DNA of 23,412 nucleotides from an uncultured bacterium (lineage in GTDB: Bacteria; Lernaellota; Lernaellaia; Lernaellales; Lernaellaceae). Below the pieces are notes generated by a model. That model worked only from the letters and a program-made list of their open reading frames with translations, was not told where the DNA came from and searched no databases. Made by a program: the position numbers and the translations under genes. Below, piece by piece: positions 8,629 through 16,333 of this stretch. Position 1 is the stretch's first letter; every line of letters starts with the position of its first letter. The stretch is taken from contig CAZHPN010000041.1 of the NCBI GenBank assembly GCA_964534375.1, forward strand, positions 13,421 through 36,832. Reading direction: 5' to 3'.

Positions 8629-9859
8629 ACGCCTGACTCGTCGAATGGCCTTCCCCGAACTGATAATGAAACTGCTTGATATCCTGTTCCGATGGGGCGG
8701 GGGCGCGGGTCAGCCATGTTGCCTGCACGCAGTTCTCGCCGTAGTGCAACGACGCTTTGTCATCCCCCAGGGCGTCGCGATCCGTCACCGAAAACAACAG
8801 AGCGATCTTCAGGCCGATCCCGCTGGGAGTCGTCACCATCATGTGGACCCGTTCGCCGTACCGGAAGACCATCGTTTGCAGCGCCTGGTCGGCCGAGCCT
8901 GTGGCCGCGGTGTAAAATGTCCATCCTTTGAGGCGGTACTCGTGGTCATTCATTACCAGCGCGTACTGCGAAAGATAGGCGTCGAGGTGTTCGTAGGTGT
9001 TGAACCCATCGAGCACGACAATCACGAATTGGCGTCCGTTCTGTGCCGGAACCATACCATCTTGTTGTCTGCCTGAACGAAACGTGACGCTGCGCCCAGC
9101 GGCGAAAGCGTTTGCCCGGTCGCCAAAGGGTGTGCGATTGACGGCCGGACAACGGAGAACAGGGCCACCCGGCGCAGCGGACGCAGCCGTCGCAGCCGGC
9201 AGGAAATAATAATTCAAGGTGCTGCAGTCGACCTCGGCGCAACTACTGCAAAGTCTTTGGCATTCGTTGACTCTGGACTTGTCCAACATCTGGCGCTGTC
9301 CGAGATATTGGAGCACGTCGAAATATCGCGGGCAGCCAACTTTTGCGGTCATGGCGGCCTTCGGCCTCGTCATGCAGTCGCGGAACTTGTTGGCCACGGT
9401 CCCGGCCTCGGCCGTATCCCCCTGTTTTTTCGCCTCGCCGAATCTGTCGAACAGTTCGGCAGCTTCACTTTCCTCCGGGGTGCGATTTAATTTCGCCAAT
9501 TGATTCAGTTTTCTTTGTTGGAACTCCACGGTAAAAAAATTCGTTTTCTCGAGCATGATCTTGGTTTGCCCCACGCCGCCGCGAGTCCACATGTAATCAT
9601 CCCACCTGCGGGCGGCTGTTGCACATGTCTTGCAGAAATCTCTGTTCGGGTCCCCGTCCCCTTGTCGGCAGCGGTTTTGGCAGTCGAACACATGCTGTTC
9701 CATAACATCGGGATTGAATCCGACGTTAGCGCCTGAATTACTCCAAGGCATATCGTCGCGCAGATGGCGCAGGTCATCATCGATCCATTCGCTTAGCGCG
9801 TACTCGCAACCGGTCATCGCGACAATGGCCGCCAAGAAAACAAGCGAGCTTCTTCTCAT
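8615..9859 (-). CDS. Cys-rich lipoprotein of unknown function
   Basis: MRRSSLVFLAAIVAMTGC lipobox; AAGGAG RBS; many Cys residues; overlaps the next gene. Confidence 0.8.
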   Translation of the reverse strand: MRRSSLVFLAAIVAMTGCEYALSEWIDDDLRHLRDDMPWSNSGANVGFNPDVMEQHVFDCQNRCRQGDGDPNRDFCKTCATAARRWDDYMWTRGGVGQTKIMLEKTNFFTVEFQQRKLNQLAKLNRTPEESEAAELFDRFGEAKKQGDTAEAGTVANKFRDCMTRPKAAMTAKVGCPRYFDVLQYLGQRQMLDKSRVNECQRLCSSCAEVDCSTLNYYFLPAATAASAAPGGPVLRCPAVNRTPFGDRANAFAAGRSVTFRSGRQQDGMVPAQNGRQFVIVVLDGFNTYEHLDAYLSQYALVMNDHEYRLKGWTFYTAATGSADQALQTMVFRYGERVHMMVTTPSGIGLKIALLFSVTDRDALGDDKASLHYGENCVQATWLTRAPAPSEQDIKQFHYQFGEGHSTSQAYEPD

Positions 9860-9893
9860 CGGCGAACTCCTTTCTATCTATCAGCGCCCGAAT

Positions 9894-11798
9894 TCAGGCG
9901 ATTTCCGTTTCGACCGCCTCGTCGTTGCGTAAACCTAGAGCGCTTACGGTCGTCCCGAGGTCGACGGCCATTCCCCGAACCCGAAATGCCGCGACTTTGC
10001 CGGAAAACGGCAAGGGATAACCGGCCGCTTCGTAATCCGCGCGCACCATGTCGAAAACTTGCCCCAATGGGCTCGTGAAATAGATTTCGTGAATGTACAA
10101 GTCCGTGACGGCGCCGTCGGGCCCCCGCACGCGGAAGCAGGGCGGCGCCGGTTCGTCTGCTTGGACGGCAGCGGCGCCCTGCTTTGCCAGTCCGTCCTCG
10201 CGGTTCGCAGACGCTGGAACAGTCGCGGTCGGCGGCTGCAATGGAGACCCGCCGGCCCCTGCCGCGGGGCCGGCAGGGTCAACAGTGGACGCCGACCACG
10301 CCTCCGGGGGCGCCGCCGTCTCTTTGTACTCGTCGCGGGACCCGCTGTCGCGCCGGCCTTCCGGCATTGGAAAGGCCGCGGCGGGCGCGGCGGCTTTGGG
10401 CCTATACCCCTGGGTTTTCCCGGTAAAGCCGCCGCCGGCCTGGGGCCGGAAACCGGCGGCCGGGTTCCCCTGGATTTCGCGTTCGGGCGCCAACGACTCC
10501 CGGCCAAAAAGAAACGGCACAAAAAACAGGCCGCCAAGCGCCGCTAGAGCTATCAGGTAAATGATCATGACCTCGCGGGCGCGTTTGCCCTTTGAGCGCG
10601 ATTCGGCTGATCTAACGGGGGATGTTGGTTTGCCCGTTAGCGCCTGGTTCTTGATCGATTCGCAGATGGCGCGGAACGAGTCCTTAGGGACTTGGATGTT
10701 GCCCGCCACGTCCGAGAAATTCCTGGTGAGTTCGGGAGCGGTCAAGTTCGCGGCGGAGACCTTGTACTTGATGTCGCCGATCAATGCGTTGCGCGCGTGC
10801 CGACTCCGAAAATAAACGTGGAACTCCGCGGCGAAGGTCGCGGTGAAACCTCGCCACAGGTTCGACAGTTCATCGGCGGTGCGGATGCTGTAGTATTCGC
10901 CCGTATTAGATTTCAGGGAGCGAACGACTTCCTCGTCCAGACCGTCTTCGCCGCGGATATCGGGATCGCCGAAACCGACGGTATGCACTTGGAGTCCCGA
11001 TTTTTCGACCAGCCGAAGAATCTCGTCTTTTTTCATCTTGTACTTGGGGTCCAAATGGCCGGAGCCGGAATCGCCGGAGTCTTTTCCGTCAGTTAGCACG
11101 ATCATCGTCCGCCTTCCCGACTGCTTCGCCATCACCTCCAAACCGACGCTCACGGCCTTGTATAGGCACGTGTTGTATAATGGGCGGAGCTTTTCGACCT
11201 CCGACTTCAACGGCGCCGGGTCCGCGGAGAATTTGACTGAATCTGGCTCGCCGACCACCGAGTGGAATGGGAGAATGCCGATCTGGTCCTGCGGGCCTTT
11301 TCGGTCGATGAACTGGAGGAGCACTTTCTTCAATGCTTCGATCTTGCTGGTGCGTTCACCCTTGCTGGCCGGATATTTCATGCTCCCGGAAACATCCACC
11401 ACCAGCAGCACCGTCAAGGGGCCACGGGATGAAATATCCGCCGTAGGCGTCGGCGCGACGCCGTTTTCGCCGGCCTGAACGGCGGGCGTCGGTGAAGCTA
11501 AATCAGCCTCCGTCTGCCGAACAACCTTTCGTTCCGTCGGGGGGATCGGGCGTCCATCTTCCTGAACCATGATCGAATCAACGACGTTCTGCTCGACCTG
11601 GACCGGTTTGCCGTGTTCATCGACGAGATTAAGGTCGATGACAATGCACGGTCGGTCTTCGTAATCGCTGAGTTCAACCTGGTTGATCTTAATCTCTTTC
11701 GGCGCAGCGCCGGCGTCGACGGCGCTGAGCGCCCAAGCCGCCGCCAAAAAGCAGCAAGCCAAGAACAACCGTGGTTTGCTTTCTTTCATACGTCTCAT
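9894..11798 (-). CDS. Signal peptide, VWA domain, TM helix, Pro/Ala linker and C-terminal ubiquitin-like domain
   Basis: MIDAS DVSGS, NTCLY, IVLTDG, VHTVGFG; TM VMIIYLIALAALGGLFFVPFLF; the C-terminal about 80 aa align with the Ubl of the E2 fusion. Confidence 0.88.
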   Translation of the reverse strand: MRRMKESKPRLFLACCFLAAAWALSAVDAGAAPKEIKINQVELSDYEDRPCIVIDLNLVDEHGKPVQVEQNVVDSIMVQEDGRPIPPTERKVVRQTEADLASPTPAVQAGENGVAPTPTADISSRGPLTVLLVVDVSGSMKYPASKGERTSKIEALKKVLLQFIDRKGPQDQIGILPFHSVVGEPDSVKFSADPAPLKSEVEKLRPLYNTCLYKAVSVGLEVMAKQSGRRTMIVLTDGKDSGDSGSGHLDPKYKMKKDEILRLVEKSGLQVHTVGFGDPDIRGEDGLDEEVVRSLKSNTGEYYSIRTADELSNLWRGFTATFAAEFHVYFRSRHARNALIGDIKYKVSAANLTAPELTRNFSDVAGNIQVPKDSFRAICESIKNQALTGKPTSPVRSAESRSKGKRAREVMIIYLIALAALGGLFFVPFLFGRESLAPEREIQGNPAAGFRPQAGGGFTGKTQGYRPKAAAPAAAFPMPEGRRDSGSRDEYKETAAPPEAWSASTVDPAGPAAGAGGSPLQPPTATVPASANREDGLAKQGAAAVQADEPAPPCFRVRGPDGAVTDLYIHEIYFTSPLGQVFDMVRADYEAAGYPLPFSGKVAAFRVRGMAVDLGTTVSALGLRNDEAVETEIA

Positions 11799-12745
11799 TC
11801 CTTCGAGGCCCCGCGCCGCAGGCGGAAATGAAAACGAGTTTTCCCCAATTGCACGGTGTCGCCATGTTTCAGTGCGATCGGGGCGGTCACCTGTTGATTA
11901 TTCACATAGGTCGCCGCGCCCTGGTTTTGCGCTTCGGGCATCTTCACCCACAACGGCGTCAGCAGGTAACGATTGGTGTCCTCGGACCACTCCAAGATCG
12001 CGTGCACGGCGTCGATGTCCGGATCATTGGCGCGAATCTGCAAATTCGCCTTCGGGCTCGAGCGGCCGGGGTCGCCATTGCCGAAGACGTTCAACGCATC
12101 GCGGAAGACCGGGCTGTGAAAACGGCCGTCGTATTTGGCGATGTTGCTGTCGTCGCCAACCAACTCGACATGTGCCGATAACGAGACGATGGCGTGAATG
12201 GCCAGCGCCAGCAAGCCGCCCATGAGTGTAACCGACGACACGCGCACCCAGTCGATGCTCACGGGCAAAAACCGTGCAACCCAGAACAGCAGTCCCGCAA
12301 TCACGCCGCCGACCATGCCGCCAATCAGCCCCCAAACGGCCCGCGAAACCGACATTGGATGCAGAGCCTGGCCCACGCCGATCACCAACCCGATCAAAAC
12401 AAACGCGACCACCCGCGCCAGTATGTCGTTGGACGCAACCAAATTCTGGTACGCGAGAATGCCGAGCCAGCCGCCCGCGACGCCCCCGCCGACGCCGGTG
12501 GCGGCCCCGATCACGGCGTCGCGCCACGCGTTCGCAAGGCCCGACATCCAGACGTTTTCTGCGGCGCAGATCGTCGCCCCGACGAAAAGGCCCACGGCGC
12601 CGAATAGCGGAAGCGAATCCCACGGCTTCGCCAGCGCCATCGGCGACAACAGCGAGAACAGCTCCGAGACAAACCAGCCCGACGCGCCCGCGATCATACC
12701 GGCGACGGAAAACAAATAAAGCACCGCCCATGGAAACACGAGCAT
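11795..12745 (-). CDS. Multi-pass membrane protein with C-terminal FHA-like domain
   Basis: About 6 Gly-rich TM helices, then DPDIDAVHAILEW...TYVNNQQV...LKHGDTVQLGKTRFHF (FHA C-terminal signature); ATGA overlap with the VWA gene. Confidence 0.85.
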   Translation of the reverse strand: MLVFPWAVLYLFSVAGMIAGASGWFVSELFSLLSPMALAKPWDSLPLFGAVGLFVGATICAAENVWMSGLANAWRDAVIGAATGVGGGVAGGWLGILAYQNLVASNDILARVVAFVLIGLVIGVGQALHPMSVSRAVWGLIGGMVGGVIAGLLFWVARFLPVSIDWVRVSSVTLMGGLLALAIHAIVSLSAHVELVGDDSNIAKYDGRFHSPVFRDALNVFGNGDPGRSSPKANLQIRANDPDIDAVHAILEWSEDTNRYLLTPLWVKMPEAQNQGAATYVNNQQVTAPIALKHGDTVQLGKTRFHFRLRRGASKE

Positions 12746-12750
12746 ACTCC

Positions 12751-14724
12751 TTAGAAGTCCTGGCCTTTCCCCGTGCTTGTCGCGCGCGCCGAACGCCCAC
12801 GCGTTGCCCTAGACCTGATCCGGTCGGCCGCGGGTCTGTCTGGCGACGACGCCGACCAACGGGCCGAGTATTGATATTTGCCGCCGTTGAGATCCACGGT
12901 CAGTTCGACAGCGCTGGGTTCGGCTGCCGTCCACCCGACCCCACCGGGGCACAATGAATAATCTGGATTTATTTCACCGCCGTTAAGCGCATTGGTCACC
13001 GTGGCGGGATCTAACGTCAGCGGGCACGATTTGCCGCCGTTCCATTCCAGCATCAACGACCCGCTTTCAACGGTCAGCCCCCCAGCCCTGACGGCGTCCA
13101 ACTCATCTGAGGACGGCATCTCAGATAGGAAAACCGCGCGGTGGAAATAAGTCAACTTGCCAAGGGTCGATTTCGGTTTGCCGTTGAGATTGTCTTCCCA
13201 GAATCTTCCACGATTGGGCGCTTCGCCTTTGGTCAACAACTCCAACTCGAATAAAGCAGTCCCCGAGCCGCCGGCCTTAATCGTGAATTGACGGATGCCG
13301 CGGCGAAAGCCGTCAAAATCCAAAGCGGCTATTTCCCCCCCGCCGTTGGAACCCGCAGCCGTCGAAACGCGGGAGATGGTCGCCTTCACGAAATCTTGCC
13401 TCGTCATTTCTTTCGGAACATCCCATTTGAGCTCGTACGTATCAGCCGACACCGTGCGCCCGTGGAGGTTGAGCGCTGGCGGTTCCGTGTGCAGAGCCGG
13501 CCAGATGAACTGATCCAGGAGGATCAAAATCAGGAGGAACAACACCAGGCCCGCCGGAACCATGATTCGCCAATGGGTCAGTTTGGCCCACCATTTCACT
13601 TCGACCGTTGGCGAACCGGAAAAAACCATGGGCGCCGGCCCGATCGAAAACGCGGGGCCGACCGCCGAGGCGGCGGCTTCGTTTGGCGCGCCGCGCAAAT
13701 AACCGATCGGCCGATTCGGGTCAAGCAGAAAAAAAACCTTTTGCGGCTTCTTATAATTGGGATGACCTTCGACTTCTTCGCGCGGAAAGAACGTCGCCGT
13801 TTTTCGTCTCGGTTGGACGACCATCGCCACGCAAAATGGCTCTTCGAAATTCCGGTGAAACATCGATTGGTCGTAACCGGAAAGAAACAAATCGTGGTCC
13901 GGGTGGCTGTGGTACCAGCCCACTACCTCGTACGACTTGTGCTGCGATTGGTTGAATTGTTGCAGTTGGTGCAAAATGTTGCGAACGGCGTACCCCGGAA
14001 AAGTAAACTCGGTCGCGCTGGCGTTTTCTGAATCAACAGGCGCCGCCATCTCGATGGTCACGGTGAAACGACCGGACTCGGCGTCCAGGCCATGGACGCC
14101 GAACAACACCCCGCCCACCTCCCGGGCCTGCGCCGCCTGCAAGCCGGAATCGCAGTGGTCGTGGATTTGGCGCAGAACGTCGCGGCTGACGTGCACGAGC
14201 ACGTGAGTCGTTTTTGGATCCCAAGTGAAGAAATCGTTTCCCACGGCCGTCGCGGGCTTGGCCGCCGGCCGGTTCTGCGGCGTCGGCGGCCGGGCCGGCA
14301 ATGGCGGAACTGGATGCCTAGATTCAGGGGCGGTAATTGACGAAACCGGCTCGACAGCCAAACCGGGCTGGAAAGTGTGTTCGACGACGTTCGACGTTTC
14401 GACAATCGCGTCGTGTGCTGATCGGTCGCGAGGCGGCGCATAAGCGTCGCGCGAGTCTTCGGCGTCGCTCGGGTCGGCCGGCGGCGCCGCCAACGGCGGC
14501 GGCTGTTCCCCGGCGACAGACGGCGGCGCTTCCAGAGCGCTCTCCGAAAACGGCGTCGCTGGCGCAGGAGACGCCTCAGCGCGCCCGGCCGCGACGAACG
14601 GCGCGGCCTCAACCACGCCCAATTCCGCGGACCGCTCGGCGGCGGTCGTATTCCCGTCCCGCGGACGTTTCGGCGCCGTGGCGCCGCGTTTCTCCCGGGA
14701 GTCGAGTGGTTCCGATTTCGCCAT
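12751..14724 (-). CDS. JAB/MPN+ (JAMM) metalloprotease with TM helix and C-terminal, probably extracytoplasmic domain
   Basis: EVGGVLFG...VVGWYHSHPDHDLFLSGYD matches E...HxHx7Sx2D; disordered N-terminus; TM IMVPAGLVLFLLILILL. Confidence 0.92.
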   Translation of the reverse strand: MAKSEPLDSREKRGATAPKRPRDGNTTAAERSAELGVVEAAPFVAAGRAEASPAPATPFSESALEAPPSVAGEQPPPLAAPPADPSDAEDSRDAYAPPRDRSAHDAIVETSNVVEHTFQPGLAVEPVSSITAPESRHPVPPLPARPPTPQNRPAAKPATAVGNDFFTWDPKTTHVLVHVSRDVLRQIHDHCDSGLQAAQAREVGGVLFGVHGLDAESGRFTVTIEMAAPVDSENASATEFTFPGYAVRNILHQLQQFNQSQHKSYEVVGWYHSHPDHDLFLSGYDQSMFHRNFEEPFCVAMVVQPRRKTATFFPREEVEGHPNYKKPQKVFFLLDPNRPIGYLRGAPNEAAASAVGPAFSIGPAPMVFSGSPTVEVKWWAKLTHWRIMVPAGLVLFLLILILLDQFIWPALHTEPPALNLHGRTVSADTYELKWDVPKEMTRQDFVKATISRVSTAAGSNGGGEIAALDFDGFRRGIRQFTIKAGGSGTALFELELLTKGEAPNRGRFWEDNLNGKPKSTLGKLTYFHRAVFLSEMPSSDELDAVRAGGLTVESGSLMLEWNGGKSCPLTLDPATVTNALNGGEINPDYSLCPGGVGWTAAEPSAVELTVDLNGGKYQYSARWSASSPDRPAADRIRSRATRGRSARATSTGKGQDF

Positions 14725-14734
14725 TTTGTTTCAC

Positions 14735-15658
14735 CTAACCCGGCATGCGGCCGGGCGCGCGCCGAGTCGGCATCGGCCCGATCGGTTTCTTGACCACAAA
14801 TTCGGTTCGCCACTGTTGTTTATTGGCTTCCAACGGGTTTCGCAGTTTGACCCTGTCGGTCGGGAAAAAATCCGGGTGTTCTTTGGAATATTTGATAAAC
14901 CAGGCCTTGGCCGCTTCGTTCATCCGGGCGTCGACCTCGTCGAGGTTCACCAGCTTGGGCTCGAACTGGATCACGTGACTGATCTGGACAGCGACGTAGC
15001 AAAGATCCGCGTCCAATTCGTTCCAATTGGTGGCATAGCAAATGTTGCCCTTTTCGAAGTTGACGTTGGGATGAAACAAAGAAAAGTCCGGCGCCAGATC
15101 GGCGATCGGTTTCTCAATCGGGTATTTCGCCCCGAGAGTCAGTTGCACGACATGGCGATCGTTCATCACCGGGTGTCCGTGCTGGTCTATTTTCTTGACC
15201 CCCTTTATTCCTTCGTAGATCAGTTCGAGTTTGAAACTGTCGATGGGTTTGACATGCAGCCAGTTCGCGTTTTCGGCCTGCTGGGCCATGCGCTTCAAGA
15301 TTTCGATGTCGGCGACGCGGCGAACCGTGTTGTCATAAACAACGGGGTGAGCGGCCGGGGCCGGCCCGGGCGGCCCCGCGGCCACCTGGGAATCGATGAA
15401 AACCTCGACAGCGCCGCCGTCAGCTATGCCCGCGGAAGCAAGGGTGTCTTCCGGATTTACCAGTTCGCCCTGGAAGTAAAAAAAGATCTCTTCGTCGGGT
15501 TTTATTCGAATGGGCGGTGTCGCCGAATCCGTGCTGTGTTTGTAGAACTCGATGGCGTAATCCATGAGGTCCTTGAGCGCGGTGTTGAAGTCGTAAATCT
15601 CCACCGGATAGGCGGTGGTGCCGCGCATGGTTTGAACTTGCAGAACGAAATTCGGCAT
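14735..15658 (-). CDS. Ubiquitin-like domain fused to E2/UBC conjugating domain
   Basis: ATG 15658 after AAGGAG. N-terminal beta-grasp-like ...FYFQGELVNPEDTLASAGIADGGAVEVF...VAAG. UBC motif YPIEKP...FHPNV...GNICY (Cys codon 15040-15038)...NW. Confidence 0.9.
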   Translation of the reverse strand: MPNFVLQVQTMRGTTAYPVEIYDFNTALKDLMDYAIEFYKHSTDSATPPIRIKPDEEIFFYFQGELVNPEDTLASAGIADGGAVEVFIDSQVAAGPPGPAPAAHPVVYDNTVRRVADIEILKRMAQQAENANWLHVKPIDSFKLELIYEGIKGVKKIDQHGHPVMNDRHVVQLTLGAKYPIEKPIADLAPDFSLFHPNVNFEKGNICYATNWNELDADLCYVAVQISHVIQFEPKLVNLDEVDARMNEAAKAWFIKYSKEHPDFFPTDRVKLRNPLEANKQQWRTEFVVKKPIGPMPTRRAPGRMPG

Positions 15659-15660
15659 TC

Positions 15661-16317
15661 TTAACTCCTTCTCGCCGTCGTGTCCCAACCGTCGGACAGA
15701 ATCGCAACGTTGCAACTAGGGCAGAGGAAATTCTTGGCTTTCCACGATGATTCGCTCAGAAAGAATGGTTCGTCCGGATGGCCGTCCTCGTTGGGGCAAG
15801 CGTATACGGCAAACCTTCTGCCGCCTGGCCCGGAATTCGCGCCGGTAATCGGGTCCATCCAATTCGGGATGTACCGCGGGGCGCCGAATTGAGACGGCAT
15901 CTTCGTTTGCGGGAGAAGAATCCGGCCGTCGTCGGTGTACGTCTTGCCGCCGGCCTGCGCCGGCGCGGCTTGCGGATCCGGATAAGCATACGCAAAAACG
16001 CTGGCGACTCCTGCGGCCAGCCCAAACCCGCCAAAAACCCCAGCCAGAAGCCCAGGGTCGTCTTGAAAGGAGTACGCCACGTAGATCAAGCCAGGCACGA
16101 CAACCACGACGGCCGCGCCCAGGCGCGTTTTGCTAAGGAAACCTCGCCAAACAAACAGCGCGCAAGCTACGCAAGAAACGACACCGAAAGCTCCGGCGAC
16201 GAACACCGCGATGACGTCCGGGGGCACGAGATTTCGGCCGCCCAAGATCAGGAGCACGGGAAACGGCATCAGGGCAAAGGCTATGGGCGCGATGTGTCGG
16301 CTCATGTTGTATTTCAT
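15661..16317 (-). CDS. About 4-TM membrane protein with C-terminal one-zinc RING/SP-RING-like motif (candidate E3)
   Basis: ATG 16317 preceded by GAGG-containing purine tracts; four hydrophobic helices; C-terminal DPITG...CPNEDGH...W...CPSC. The CDS is certain; the E3 role is inference. Confidence 0.7.
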   Translation of the reverse strand: MKYNMSRHIAPIAFALMPFPVLLILGGRNLVPPDVIAVFVAGAFGVVSCVACALFVWRGFLSKTRLGAAVVVVVPGLIYVAYSFQDDPGLLAGVFGGFGLAAGVASVFAYAYPDPQAAPAQAGGKTYTDDGRILLPQTKMPSQFGAPRYIPNWMDPITGANSGPGGRRFAVYACPNEDGHPDEPFFLSESSWKAKNFLCPSCNVAILSDGWDTTARRS

Positions 16318-16333
16318 CCCCTCGACCGACCTC

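Noticed and set aside
15413..15421. DGG in the Ubl as the di-glycine terminus
   Set aside because: It lies before the predicted final beta-strand (AVEVFI), so it is internal to the fold
15659..15715. ORF-track starts at 15715 (E2) and 16359 (RING-like)
   Set aside because: Both are TTG starts overlapping the upstream genes; ATG 15658 and ATG 16317 have better RBS context
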